Shown here piece by piece: positions 1-11,302 of a stretch of DNA of 64,000 nucleotides. The DNA is from an uncultured Erysipelotrichaceae bacterium (GTDB lineage: Bacteria; Bacillota_I; Bacilli_A; RF39; UBA660). The translations under genes were made by a program, and so were the position numbers. The stretch covers positions 3,917 to 67,916 of the forward strand of contig CADANC010000008.1 of the NCBI GenBank assembly GCA_902789225.1, given 5' to 3'. Under the pieces are notes generated by a model. The model made no database searches, was not told the DNA's origin, and was given only the letters and a program-made list of their open reading frames with translations. The first letter of the stretch is position 1, and every line of letters starts with the position of its first letter.

Positions 1-469
1 CTATTCCTTTTTCATTTGGTTCATAGATAACACTTCTCATCTTAGTACCAAATACATGTTTTTCTTTTGCTTCTTCTATTTGTGAAGTTAAATCAGGTAT
101 TTCTTTCATTAACTTAACTCCATTTTCTTCTTCTGCTAATCCTTTGTCTACTTTTAGGAATGCAACAATTTCTTTTTCTTCCCATAGATAATCAGCAGTA
201 TATTTTCCTTCAATTTCTGAATTCATAGTTTTATAGAATAAAATTGTTCCTAAAATTCTATCTTTTGTAAATGCAGGTGAAGTAATTACTCTTTTTCTCA
301 TCTCATGTATTAGATCAAACATTTCTTCATCTGTTGAATATGAATCTTTTGGGATACCATATTTTTCTAATGTTTTTCCACTTGATCCACCACTTTGATC
401 TAATGCAGCAATAAATCCCTTTCTATTTCTTACAATGTTTAATTTTTCTTCATCAATATAACTATTCAT
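1..469 (-). CDS. fda: Class I fructose-bisphosphate aldolase, N-terminal ~156 codons (gene runs off the window start)
   Basis: Not in the ORF track. My reverse-complement translation from the ATG at 469-467 gives [40 protein letters not shown]... The [13 protein letters not shown] motif and the following [11 protein letters not shown] / FGTKMRS stretches match staphylococcal-type class I FBA. AGGAGG lies 5 nt upstream. Confidence 0.85.
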   Translation of the reverse strand, partial: MNSYIDEEKLNIVRNRKGFIAALDQSGGSSGKTLEKYGIPKDSYSTDEEMFDLIHEMRKRVITSPAFTKDRILGTILFYKTMNSEIEGKYTADYLWEEKEIVAFLKVDKGLAEEENGVKLMKEIPDLTSQIEEAKEKHVFGTKMRSVIYEPNEKGI

Positions 470-482
470 ATATACCTCCTAC

Positions 483-1307
483 TTATTTAATCATAAAATA
501 AATTAATACTAATAATCCTAATACTATTCTATACCATCCAAATACTTGGAAATCATGTTTTTTGATATAGTTCATTAAGAACTTAATTACTACAATACTT
601 ATTATAAAGGCAACTATACATCCTACTATTAAGATAGACCATTCTAGTGATGTGAATATTGCACCTGTTTTTAAGAAATATTTTAATATTTTTAAAAGTG
701 ATGCTCCTACCATAACTGGTATTGCTAAAAAGAATGTAAATGTTGCAGCAACTTTTCTATCTAATCCTACTAGTAATCCTCCAATTATTGTTGAACCACT
801 ACGTGATGTACCTGGTACTAGTGATAGTAATTGAAACAATCCTACTTGGAAAGCTTGTTTATAACTAATATCATCTATTGATTTAGTTTTTCTAGTTCCA
901 ACCTTTTTTCTTTCAATAATTATGAAAATAATACCATAAACTATTAGAGCTAGAGCTACTACTACACTATTATATAGATGTGCATCTAACCAATCATCTA
1001 AGAGTAATCCTAATACTGCAGCTGGTATACATGCTACTAATATTTTCCCCCATAGATTTAGTGTCTTTTTTGTATCGTTTTTATTTTTTCCAAATCCCCA
1101 AGGAAATATTTCTTTAAAATATATTAATACTACTGCTAAGATAGCTCCTAATTGAATTACTACTTCAAACATTGAATAGAATTCATCAGTAACATTTAGT
1201 TTTATAAGGTCATTTAATAAAATCATATGGCCTGTTGATGATATAGGAAGCCATTCTGTTATTCCTTCTACTATACCAAATAATATTGCTTTTAAAATTT
1301 CTATCAT
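483..1307 (-). CDS. uppP: Undecaprenyl-diphosphate phosphatase (BacA/UppP)
   Basis: 274-aa polytopic membrane protein. The GIVEGITEWLPISSTGHM and PGTSRSGSTIIGG motifs are typical of UppP. Confidence 0.9.
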   Translation of the reverse strand: MIEILKAILFGIVEGITEWLPISSTGHMILLNDLIKLNVTDEFYSMFEVVIQLGAILAVVLIYFKEIFPWGFGKNKNDTKKTLNLWGKILVACIPAAVLGLLLDDWLDAHLYNSVVVALALIVYGIIFIIIERKKVGTRKTKSIDDISYKQAFQVGLFQLLSLVPGTSRSGSTIIGGLLVGLDRKVAATFTFFLAIPVMVGASLLKILKYFLKTGAIFTSLEWSILIVGCIVAFIISIVVIKFLMNYIKKHDFQVFGWYRIVLGLLVLIYFMIK

Positions 1308-1358
1308 CTAATCACCATTATTATTATAACATTAATATAAAAAATGAAGAAGATAATA

Positions 1359-1781
1359 TTAAATTTTCTTCTTCATTAAATAGCCTGAATTTCTATATTC
1401 CAATTTTTTATAGAATTCTTCACATTCTTTTTCTTCTAACATACTTTCAGTGAATTTCATATGATAATAATCTTCAAAAGCATTCTTGTTTCTTAATACA
1501 TACTGCATAATAGAAGTACCGTATCCTTCATGTTGATATTTTGGATCAATAAATAAGTATTCTATATATAATGATTTTAAACTACTAGAAATAACACATC
1601 CTCCTATTAACTTATTTTCTAAACTTAGTCCTACAACTAAATAATCACCATTCATTATCTTTTTATATATGAGTGAATCTTCTATATTGTCATATGCTTT
1701 TCTTGCTTTAAAACTTTCTAATCTTATTTCTTCAAGTCTTTTAATATCATCTTTTGAATCACAAAAATTTATACTTTCCAT
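1359..1781 (-). CDS. GNAT-family N-acetyltransferase
   Basis: 140 aa. IEYLFIDPKYQHEGYGTSIM resembles the GNAT acetyl-CoA binding motif A (Q/R-x-x-G-x-G/A). Confidence 0.65.
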   Translation of the reverse strand: MESINFCDSKDDIKRLEEIRLESFKARKAYDNIEDSLIYKKIMNGDYLVVGLSLENKLIGGCVISSSLKSLYIEYLFIDPKYQHEGYGTSIMQYVLRNKNAFEDYYHMKFTESMLEEKECEEFYKKLEYRNSGYLMKKKI

Positions 1782-1804
1782 TTTTCCCCCTAAATACGGG
1801 GCAT

Positions 1805-1833
1805 ATTATATCACTTTTTTTATTAATTGTAAA
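1805..1833 (-). promoter_or_regulatory. Sigma-A type promoter for the GNAT gene (TTTACA-N17-TATAAT)
   Basis: Read on the minus strand: -35 TTTACA at 1833-1828, a 17-nt spacer, -10 TATAAT at 1810-1805, about 23 nt upstream of the ATG. Confidence 0.5.
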
Positions 1834-1860
1834 TAAAAAGACAAATTCTAGATTTGCCTA
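1834..1860 (-). terminator. Putative rho-independent terminator after eno
   Basis: Minus strand reads AGGCAAAT-CTAGA-ATTTGTCT followed by TTTTT. The stem has one mismatch. Confidence 0.45.
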
Positions 1861-1872
1861 AAATTTGCTTTT

Positions 1873-3180
<1,308 letters not shown>

Positions 3181-5025
3181 TTATTTTTCCTCCTTATTAG
3201 GTTTTTCATCATCAATTTTATCTATAATATCATCTGATATTACTTCCATTGTAATTGTTTTAGAGTCATCTTTTTCAAATACTCTATTTTTATTCTTTGC
3301 TTCTTCTTCATGTATTAAGACATTGTACGCTACTTTTCCTACTAATGTTTTTGGTAATTCATCTCTAAACTCATATTCATATGGCCAAGAAAATCTAGAT
3401 AAGTTCTTTTCACAATGTTCTTTTATACTTTGAAGCGTTTCATCGTTTTCTTTACTTGGGTCTTTTAATACGATAAATGCTTTAGCAACTTGTACTTTAT
3501 ATGGATGCGATATTCCAATTACACAACTCATCAAAACATCTTTATGACCATCTATTACATTTTCTATATATTGAGGATAAATACAATATCCTGATGATAC
3601 TATCATTCTCTTTATTCTTTGTTTGTAATATACGAATCCATCTTTGTCCATCAAGCCTTGATCACCTGTATATAACCAAATTCGACCATCTTTATGTTTT
3701 TTTAGAGTTTCTCTTGTTTCTTTTCTACTCTTTAGGTAACCATGCATTACAGTTGGACCACTGATAACAATTTCTCCCTCTTGTCCATATGGTAATTCTT
3801 TTTCTGTTTGAGGTTCAACTATTTTATAATATGTGTCTGGGTATGGAATACCAATTGATCCTTCTCTATATGAATTCACTGGAGTTAAGCATGAAGCTGA
3901 TGCACATTCTGTTAGTCCATATCCTTCTCTAATTTGAATGTTTGCTCCATGAGATTTGAAAAAATTATCAATTTTTCTTTTTAATTCTATCGATAATGAA
4001 TCCCCACCAGAAATAGCACATTTTAGAAATGGCATTTCATAGTTATTCATATTCTTATTTTTTAATAATGCTTCATATAAAGTAGGTACTCCTACTAATA
4101 CATTGGGTTCATATTTTTTAATCAATTTATCAAAAGTTTTAGCACTAAATTGTGGAAGCAAAATTGAAGTACCTCCAAAATATTGAACTGTATGAATACA
4201 GACACCTAATCCAAACCCATGGAAAATTGGCATAATTGCTAGAACTTTATCTTTTTCTCTTAGATTTGCTACTGCTTCGAATGATTGCATTGCTAGAGCG
4301 TTTACATTTAAATTAGTAAGTTCAACTCCTTTTGGAGCTCCACTTGTTCCACCTGAATATAGGATTGTTGCAATTTCTTTTTCTGAAAAGTTATCTTCTA
4401 TTTCTTTAGTATATCTTCTTCCTAATTTTATAAAATCATTCCATTTAATTACTAAATCACTATTTTTACTATTGAAAGCTTTATATATATTTACTGCTGT
4501 TTTATATGCATTCATTGTTCTGTACGCTATTTTTAATGGATTAGGCATTGAATTATCAACAGATACTGAAATAATATTTTTTATTTTTGTATTATTAACT
4601 ATATTATCAATTTTTTCTAAAGCTATATCTATAACAATTATATATCTACTATTGGAATTGTTTAAGAAATCTTTTATCTCATTTTCTCCAGATAAAGGAT
4701 GAATCATGTTTGATATAGCACCAATTTTATTAATTGCATAAAAAGCTATTATCGCCTCAGGTGTATTTGGCATACAAATACTTACAATTTCTTTATGCTT
4801 TATTCCTAATGCCTTGAATGCTCTTGCTGCTTCATCTATTTGTTTCAAAAATTGATAGTATGTTACTTTCGTTCCATAATAATTATAACTTATATTATTT
4901 AAGTGTTTGCTTGAAGTATATTCTATTAATTTATACACTGAAAAATTTGGATATTCTAAGTGCTTTTTCATATTTCCATAATTATCATACCAAGGAGTTT
5001 TAATCTTCTTTTTCACTTTCATCAC
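3181..5025 (-). CDS. AMP-dependent acyl-CoA synthetase/ligase (long-chain-fatty-acid-CoA ligase-like)
   Basis: 614 aa. AMP-binding signature ILYSGGTSGAPKGV, plus GYGLTE and YTGDQG motifs. The stop abuts the eno start codon. Confidence 0.85.
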   Translation of the reverse strand: MMKVKKKIKTPWYDNYGNMKKHLEYPNFSVYKLIEYTSSKHLNNISYNYYGTKVTYYQFLKQIDEAARAFKALGIKHKEIVSICMPNTPEAIIAFYAINKIGAISNMIHPLSGENEIKDFLNNSNSRYIIVIDIALEKIDNIVNNTKIKNIISVSVDNSMPNPLKIAYRTMNAYKTAVNIYKAFNSKNSDLVIKWNDFIKLGRRYTKEIEDNFSEKEIATILYSGGTSGAPKGVELTNLNVNALAMQSFEAVANLREKDKVLAIMPIFHGFGLGVCIHTVQYFGGTSILLPQFSAKTFDKLIKKYEPNVLVGVPTLYEALLKNKNMNNYEMPFLKCAISGGDSLSIELKRKIDNFFKSHGANIQIREGYGLTECASASCLTPVNSYREGSIGIPYPDTYYKIVEPQTEKELPYGQEGEIVISGPTVMHGYLKSRKETRETLKKHKDGRIWLYTGDQGLMDKDGFVYYKQRIKRMIVSSGYCIYPQYIENVIDGHKDVLMSCVIGISHPYKVQVAKAFIVLKDPSKENDETLQSIKEHCEKNLSRFSWPYEYEFRDELPKTLVGKVAYNVLIHEEEAKNKNRVFEKDDSKTITMEVISDDIIDKIDDEKPNKEEK

Positions 5026-5044
5026 CTTTATTATTATATATTAT

Positions 5045-5392
5045 CTAGTCTTTATTTTCAAATCTTATAGGTTTTTCATTTATGCCTAAAATTAGTTCCA
5101 AATTATCAGGGTTATCAATCGAAGCTAATTTAGTATATTTATTTTTATTTGAATTAGTTGCTGTAACTAATACAATTTTATTATTTCCTTCTAGTAAAAT
5201 ATCGCCTGCGTTTAATTCTTTAGGAATAGTTTCATTTTTATCTAATTTATATTTTATATAGTATACATATGACTCTTTTTCTTTTTCCATATAAATACTA
5301 AGCGGCAATATTTCTAAAAACTCTTTTGCAGATAAATTATTTTCTACCGTTGTATTAAAGGTAATATCATTGATTATCGTCCTTATTTTCAT
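5045..5392 (-). CDS. Cyclophilin-like fold protein (small beta-barrel family)
   Basis: 115 aa. The pattern ...F..T.ENN.SAKEFLEILPL...M......Y.......L......P.ELNAGDILL.GNN.IVL... resembles the cyclophilin-like 2 family, recalled from memory. Confidence 0.5.
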   Translation of the reverse strand: MKIRTIINDITFNTTVENNLSAKEFLEILPLSIYMEKEKESYVYYIKYKLDKNETIPKELNAGDILLEGNNKIVLVTATNSNKNKYTKLASIDNPDNLELILGINEKPIRFENKD

Positions 5393-5936
5393 AGACTAAC
5401 TTCCTTCCTTTATTATCTTTATTCTTAGTAGATTCTTTTAATCTTTTAAACTTCTCATCTAACAAATATGTATAGTAATCAATTGTTTCTTCATTTAATT
5501 GTGGGTTTAGTCTTTTCTCAAGTTCATGGTATTCTCTTACTCTTTCTTGAAGAGTATCGAGTTCATATTGAATTGTATTACTTATATATTGATTTCTTTT
5601 AAAGCCTTCATTTCTTTTTTCTATAATATCTCTATTTCTATTATAAGATGTTTCTAATGCTATAGTTTCACTTGAAAATATCTCATTAACATAAATAGAG
5701 TTGATTGGTCTTTTTATTCCTTGCCTATTACTAAATATTGGCTTTTGCTCTCTTATCTCTTTATAATTATCTATTGTAAAAACCGGTACCACCTCATAGA
5801 ATGGATTACTTCCATCTGCCGGAATTATTGTACTAATTAATTGTGCCTCTTCAACAATTGTAGTTACTGGAATGTTGAATTCACCATCATAATAATCTTC
5901 TTCTGTCATTTTTCTTATTATATATATCCTATTCAT
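5367..5936 (-). CDS. Hypothetical protein
   Basis: 189-aa ORF co-oriented with its neighbours. No recognisable motifs. Confidence 0.45.
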   Translation of the reverse strand: MNRIYIIRKMTEEDYYDGEFNIPVTTIVEEAQLISTIIPADGSNPFYEVVPVFTIDNYKEIREQKPIFSNRQGIKRPINSIYVNEIFSSETIALETSYNRNRDIIEKRNEGFKRNQYISNTIQYELDTLQERVREYHELEKRLNPQLNEETIDYYTYLLDEKFKRLKESTKNKDNKGRKLVYENKDDNQ

Positions 5937-5983
5937 ATTACCTCTCCCTCACTCTTAATATACTATAATTTGGTGAATAATTC

Positions 5984-6011
5984 CACAAAAAAGGCATAGT
6001 CTTACTATGCC
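5984..6011 (-). terminator. Rho-independent terminator of the sigma-factor gene
   Basis: Minus strand reads GGCATAGT-AAG-ACTATGCC followed by TTTTTT. The hairpin overlaps the stop codon. Confidence 0.65.
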
Positions 6012-7891
6012 TCTTCTATAGAGAAATCTTTTAATCTACATCTACTTTTTACTCTTACTTTTCTTAATCCTGTTTTTTCTATTTGTCTTATTCTTTCTCT
6101 TGTTACTCCCATTATTCCTCCTACTTCTTCCAAAGTCTTAGATGATCCAGGTGTGAAGTATATACCAATAATGTCTAGGTCTTCTTGATAATCTCTTTTT
6201 AATAATAAATAAGTTCCTACATTAAGTGGTTCTTTGTGCAATACTTTGTCCTTTGGAAAAAGTAAATTATATTCTGCAACAGTTTCTAAAGCATCTCTAT
6301 ATTCTTTTGTCATTATTGTAGGATATGGGTTTCTTGCTTTTTCAATATTAATTAAGTCTTCTAATTGTTCTTTCTTATCTTTATTGGTCTTTATTTTAGG
6401 AATGAAAAAACTCGCTACTTTGTTTCTTGACATTTCATTTAACTTGCTATTTGTTTTTACATATTTTTCTTCGACTCTTGCTAGTTCATCAGAAAATCTT
6501 TTTTTTGTCATTCTTGATAATAAATATTTTAATTTCATTGCATCTATCTCATTACTACTAAATTCTTCAAATGTTCCAAATCTATTACCAATGACAAATC
6601 TTTCCTTATAAGGTAACTCATCATACATTTCTCCAACTATTTTAACCAATTCTTGTCTAAATACTAATTCTTCTGCACTTATCTCTGTTTCATCTTTTTG
6701 CATATCACCAATTGTTGTATCTTGATCTCCTTCTCCGTTCACAATTGGTTGATCTAAAGATACTAAAGAATTATTCATTTCTACAACTCTAAGTTCTTTT
6801 ATCTTTTCTACTGGTAATTCCATTAATTCTGCTAGTTCTTCATTGCTTGGAGTTCTTCCAAATTCTTGTGTATATTCTCTTATATGTCTTCTCATTTTAT
6901 TAATTTGTTCGTGTGTATGAACTGGAACGCGTATCATTCTACTATTATTAGCTATAGAGCGACCTACACATTGGTTAATCCACCATGTAGCATATGTTGA
7001 AAACTTAAATCCTTTACTAACTTCAAATCTTTCACATGCTTTCATAAGTCCGTCATTACCTTCTTGAATTAAGTCTAGGAAATCTACTCCTTTACCTACA
7101 CTTCTCTTAGCTATTGATACAACTAAACGTAGATTATGATTAACTATATCTTTCTTTAATTCGATTATTTCTTCTTCGATACTAGCTAATTCTTCTTTTG
7201 TTTTTTCATCTTGTGCTGTGTTTAAAGATTCTTTTAATAATTTTTGTTTTTCTCTTAATAAATCTAATTTTTCAAATTTAATTCTTTCTTGAGTTCTTGT
7301 CAAAATAGGATATTGAGCAATATCTCTTAAATACATTTTTACTGGGTCTTCTAAAGCAGCTGATTCTTTATCTGTTGCTGTTATATTACTATATATTCTT
7401 TTTGCTAAAGATTTTATTCTACTATCATCTATTTGTTCTAAAATTCCGAATTTTTCAAAATCAGATCTTATGATTCTTTCTACCTCAGAAGGCTCACAAT
7501 CATATATATCTATTTTACCTGCAATCCCTACTATTTCTTCATTTGGTATACTAATATGATTCTCCTTCAAAAATGTAACTAATGATTTAAATATATTTGT
7601 ATATTTTCTACTGTTTTCGTTAACAATTTCGTTAATTTCACTATGTTCTTCAGCATTTACTTCTTCTTCTAATCTGTCTAACCTTAACTCATCAGTTTCT
7701 TTTGATTTTTCTTCTTTATCTATCATTATATTCTTGGAATCTAGATAATCCATTAATGCTTGTGTACTATTTTCATCAAAATTGAATTCTTTTATTATCT
7801 CTTGTAAATCACTTTCAGTTATCACACTAAATTCTTTGTTAACTTTTGATTGTATTTTCTTAATCATTTTATTATATTCTTCTCTAGTCAT
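6005..7891 (-). CDS. rpoD: RpoD-like sigma-70 family factor, unusually long (628 aa) with a large insertion in region 4
   Basis: Region 1.2 is DPVKMYLRDI. Region 2 is NLRLVVSIAKR...DLIQEGNDGLMKACERF...FSTYATWWINQ. Region 3 is IRVPVH...LSLDQPI. Region 4.2 is KTLEEVGGIMGVTRERIRQIEKTGLRKVR. Confidence 0.9.
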   Translation of the reverse strand: MTREEYNKMIKKIQSKVNKEFSVITESDLQEIIKEFNFDENSTQALMDYLDSKNIMIDKEEKSKETDELRLDRLEEEVNAEEHSEINEIVNENSRKYTNIFKSLVTFLKENHISIPNEEIVGIAGKIDIYDCEPSEVERIIRSDFEKFGILEQIDDSRIKSLAKRIYSNITATDKESAALEDPVKMYLRDIAQYPILTRTQERIKFEKLDLLREKQKLLKESLNTAQDEKTKEELASIEEEIIELKKDIVNHNLRLVVSIAKRSVGKGVDFLDLIQEGNDGLMKACERFEVSKGFKFSTYATWWINQCVGRSIANNSRMIRVPVHTHEQINKMRRHIREYTQEFGRTPSNEELAELMELPVEKIKELRVVEMNNSLVSLDQPIVNGEGDQDTTIGDMQKDETEISAEELVFRQELVKIVGEMYDELPYKERFVIGNRFGTFEEFSSNEIDAMKLKYLLSRMTKKRFSDELARVEEKYVKTNSKLNEMSRNKVASFFIPKIKTNKDKKEQLEDLINIEKARNPYPTIMTKEYRDALETVAEYNLLFPKDKVLHKEPLNVGTYLLLKRDYQEDLDIIGIYFTPGSSKTLEEVGGIMGVTRERIRQIEKTGLRKVRVKSRCRLKDFSIEEA

Positions 7892-7943
7892 TTTAATTCC
7901 CCTTTCTATAGATTATCATCTAATCCTCCAAAAAAGCACGTAT

Positions 7944-7972
7944 ATTATACTATTTTTTCCCGTTTTAGTCAA
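7944..7972 (-). promoter_or_regulatory. Near-consensus sigma-A promoter of the sigma-factor gene (TTGACT-N17-TATAAT)
   Basis: Minus strand: TTGACT at 7972-7967, a 17-nt spacer, TATAAT at 7949-7944. Confidence 0.7.
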
Positions 7973-7974
7973 TT

Positions 7975-8011
7975 AAAAAAGAAAAGAAGCATAATAATCA
8001 TTACTATGCTT
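7975..8011 (-). terminator. Rho-independent terminator after the DUF2130 gene
   Basis: Minus strand has a long hairpin, AAGCATAGTAAT/ATTATTATGCTT with one mismatch, followed by CTTTTCTTTTTT. Confidence 0.6.
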
Positions 8012-8041
8012 TGAACTACTATTTTTTATATAATTATATTT

Positions 8042-9325
8042 TTAACTTTTCTTTTCTTCATTTTTAAACATTTCTCTCATCGTTGGACTATTTTTTGTAA
8101 GTTTATTTATTGTTAAATCATCTGCTTTATTGTTTGCTATTCTTAGATTGTTTTCACTTGATAATAGCGCTTCTTTAGTTTTTTGCAAGTGATCAATTGT
8201 CTTATCAATTTCTTCTATTGCTTTTTTGAATTTAGTAGATGCTAATTGATAGTTTCTAGAAAAACTTTCTTTAAATGCATTCATATTTTCTTCAAAATGT
8301 GAAATATCGATATTTTGATTTTGAATTATTTGTAATTCCTTCTTATATTCTAATGTATTTAGTGAAGCACCTCTTAACAATGTAATTAATGGTATAAAGA
8401 ATTGTGGCCTTATTACGTACATTTTACTATACTTGTGAGACACATCAACTATTCCAACATTGTAATAATCATTATCTATTTCTAAAAGAGATACTAATAC
8501 TGCATATTCACAATTTTTTTCTTTACGATCCTTATCTAATTCTTTGAAAAAATCTTCATTTTTATGTTTTGTAGAAGTCTCATCAGCTTCATTTTTCATC
8601 TCGAACATAATAGATAATACTTCTATACCAGAATCATCGTATTCTCTGAAAATAAAGTCTCCTTTTGAACCTGTTTTAGCATCATTATCTTTTTCAAAAT
8701 ATACATTTTTAAATAATGGTCTAAGTTTATTAAATTCATTATTACAATGTTGTTCTAATGATTCTCCAATCATCTTTGTAGATTGTTTTGCTTTAAAATC
8801 TTTATAATAAGCAATTTGTTCATCTTTATCTTTTATTTTATCTTCATATTTTTCTTTTAAATTTTGTTCTTTTAATATATGTTCATTTTTTGTAGTTTCT
8901 ATTTTTGTATTTAGTTCACTTATTTCTTTTTCTTTTTCTACTAAAGCATTTTTTATTTTTAATTCTTCTTCTTTATCTTTTAACTTAATTTTATTTTTTA
9001 AATCATTTATTTCTAAGTTTTTATTTGATAATTCTTCTGAATACTTTTTTTCTAGTTTTGTTGTTATATCAGTTTCTGCAATTTTTAGTTTATTTTTTAA
9101 CTCAGTTATTACTATATCTCTTTTATTAATTTCTTCTGTATTTGCTGCTTTTAATTCTGCTTCTTGTATTTTTAAAGTTTTTTCTTTATCATCTTGAAAT
9201 TGCTTTTCTCTTGTTTTTATTTCTCTTTCAAATTCATTATCTCTTATTTGCTTTACAATAGAATCATAGTCTTGTTCATTAATCTGAAAAACTGTTTTAC
9301 AATTTGGGCATTTTATCTCATTCAT
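8042..9325 (-). CDS. DUF2130-family coiled-coil protein
   Basis: 427 aa. The N-terminal zinc-ribbon-like CPNCKTVFQINEQDYDSIVKQIRDNEF, a long coiled coil and a C-terminal nuclease-like region are as recalled for DUF2130. Confidence 0.7.
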   Translation of the reverse strand: MNEIKCPNCKTVFQINEQDYDSIVKQIRDNEFEREIKTREKQFQDDKEKTLKIQEAELKAANTEEINKRDIVITELKNKLKIAETDITTKLEKKYSEELSNKNLEINDLKNKIKLKDKEEELKIKNALVEKEKEISELNTKIETTKNEHILKEQNLKEKYEDKIKDKDEQIAYYKDFKAKQSTKMIGESLEQHCNNEFNKLRPLFKNVYFEKDNDAKTGSKGDFIFREYDDSGIEVLSIMFEMKNEADETSTKHKNEDFFKELDKDRKEKNCEYAVLVSLLEIDNDYYNVGIVDVSHKYSKMYVIRPQFFIPLITLLRGASLNTLEYKKELQIIQNQNIDISHFEENMNAFKESFSRNYQLASTKFKKAIEEIDKTIDHLQKTKEALLSSENNLRIANNKADDLTINKLTKNSPTMREMFKNEEKKS

Positions 9326-11177
9326 GATTTACCTCCTTTTTTATGTCATCAACTATACTTTGAAGATCTAATTTATATTTCTTTTCTAATTCATCTACTT
9401 TTCCATGTTCAATAAATTTGTCTGGATAAGCATAAGACTTAATTTTTATATTATTTAGATTATTATTTACTATTAATTCCTTTATGGATGAAGATAAACC
9501 ACCTATTATTGTATTATCTTCAATAGTTATTACATTTTTTGTCTTTTTTATCGAATTTATTATTGTTACCTCATCTAATGGTTTTAAAAATCTCATATTA
9601 ATAACGTCGCACTTAATATTTTTCTTTTCTAATATAGTTGCAACATCGATTGCTCTTGATACCATATTTCCTATAGCAATAATTGATATATCTTTTCCTT
9701 TTTTTAATACTTCTGCTTTAGCGTACTTAATGGGACTTGATGGCAAAATTTTTCCTTTTTCTCCACCTCTAGGATATCTTATTACTACTGGCTTGTTTAT
9801 TTTTATTGCATATTCTAACATTAATTCTAATTCTTCAAAATTCTTTGGAGCTAGAATAACTATGTTTGGAATAATTCTGAAAAAGGATAAATCAAATAAT
9901 CCTTGATGTGTTTCTCCATCACTTCCTACACAGCCAGCTCTATCTACACACATTACTACATGAAGATTTTGGGTGCATATATCATGAATTACTTGATCAT
10001 AACCTCTTTGATAAAATGAGGAATATATAGATACTACTGGTATCATACCATCTTTTGCTATTCCTGCAGCTAAAGTTAGTGCATGCTGTTCTGCTATTCC
10101 TACATCATAGAATCTTTCTTTATACATTTCAGAAAATTTTGATAATCCAGTGCCGTCCTTCATTGCTGCAGTTATAGCAACTATATTCTTGTTATTTTTT
10201 GCTAATTCACATAGTTTATCTCCAAATACGCTTGAGTATGTTTTAGTGCTACTTGATACTACTCCTGTATTGATATTGAATGGGCTAACCCCATGATATT
10301 TTTCTGGAGTCTCTTCTGCAAATTTGTATCCTTTCCCTTTTTTTGTAACAACATGTATTAAAACAGGTTCATCTATATTTTTTGCTTTTCTAAAAATTGT
10401 CTCTAGTTCTTCAATATTATGACCATCTATCGGCCCTATATATTTTAAACCAATCTCTTCAAAATACATACCAGGTATAAATAGCTGCTTTAATGTTTTC
10501 TTTAACTTCTTGATAATATATGTTAAATACTGACCAATTATAGGAATAGCATTGATTATTTTTTTTAATTTATTATTTGATTTCCTATACTTTTTCTTTA
10601 ATCTTAATTTAGTCAATAATTCATTCATTCCACTTATATTTTTTGAAATGCTCATCTCATTATCATTTAATATTATAATCATTTTTTTCTTTATACTACC
10701 AACGTGATTTAATGCTTCTAGTGCCATTCCTCCTGTTAGGGCACCGTCTCCAATTACTGAAACTATGTTATAATCTTCTTTTTTTAAATCTCTTGCTATA
10801 GCCATCCCAAGTGCTGCAGAAATAGAAGTTGATGAATGTCCGGTATTAAAGCAGTCCGTGTCTGACTCTTTAGTTTTTGGAAAACCACTAATATGTCCAA
10901 ATTGTCTAATTTTTTTTATTTTTTCTCTTCTTCCATTTATTATTTTATGAACATAACTTTGGTGCCCAACATCCCATATTATTTTATCTTTTGGCAAATT
11001 AAAAACTGACTCAAGTGCTATAGTTAATTCAACCACGCCTAAGTTTGAGGCCAAATGTCCTCCAGTTTTTGAAATTGTTTCTATAAGATATTCTCTTATT
11101 TCGTTAGCTAATTCTTTTTTTTCTTCATAATTCAATTTTTTTAAATCTTTATTATTGTTAACATTATTTATTATCAT
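9318..11177 (-). CDS. dxs: 1-deoxy-D-xylulose-5-phosphate synthase
   Basis: 619 aa with GGHLASNLGVVELT, DVGHQSY, the ThDP motif GDGALTGGMALEALN and AEQHA. Confidence 0.95.
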   Translation of the reverse strand: MIINNVNNNKDLKKLNYEEKKELANEIREYLIETISKTGGHLASNLGVVELTIALESVFNLPKDKIIWDVGHQSYVHKIINGRREKIKKIRQFGHISGFPKTKESDTDCFNTGHSSTSISAALGMAIARDLKKEDYNIVSVIGDGALTGGMALEALNHVGSIKKKMIIILNDNEMSISKNISGMNELLTKLRLKKKYRKSNNKLKKIINAIPIIGQYLTYIIKKLKKTLKQLFIPGMYFEEIGLKYIGPIDGHNIEELETIFRKAKNIDEPVLIHVVTKKGKGYKFAEETPEKYHGVSPFNINTGVVSSSTKTYSSVFGDKLCELAKNNKNIVAITAAMKDGTGLSKFSEMYKERFYDVGIAEQHALTLAAGIAKDGMIPVVSIYSSFYQRGYDQVIHDICTQNLHVVMCVDRAGCVGSDGETHQGLFDLSFFRIIPNIVILAPKNFEELELMLEYAIKINKPVVIRYPRGGEKGKILPSSPIKYAKAEVLKKGKDISIIAIGNMVSRAIDVATILEKKNIKCDVINMRFLKPLDEVTIINSIKKTKNVITIEDNTIIGGLSSSIKELIVNNNLNNIKIKSYAYPDKFIEHGKVDELEKKYKLDLQSIVDDIKKEVNHE

Positions 11178-11253
11178 GCAATTACCTCTTTTTTATTATA
11201 TCATGTTTTTGTTTTAATAAATTAATACCACTTTAATTATTAATAATCTTCTA

Positions 11254-11282
11254 TTGATAAGTAATTAATAATTAAGTATAAT
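11254..11282 (+). promoter_or_regulatory. Consensus-like sigma-A promoter (TTGATA-N17-TATAAT) for the SPFH gene
   Basis: TTGATA at 11254-11259, a 17-nt spacer, TATAAT at 11277-11282. The RBS AAAGGAG follows. Confidence 0.7.
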
Positions 11283-11302
11283 TTTATTAGAAAGGAGTAT
11301 GT

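Noticed and set aside
6140-6574. Intein or mobile-element explanation for the 145-aa insertion in the sigma factor
   Set aside because: The segment is in frame. It lacks the intein junction signatures: there is no Cys/Ser at the N-junction and no His-Asn followed by Cys/Ser/Thr at the C-junction (it ends ...TPGSS/KT). It has no endonuclease motifs or terminal repeats.
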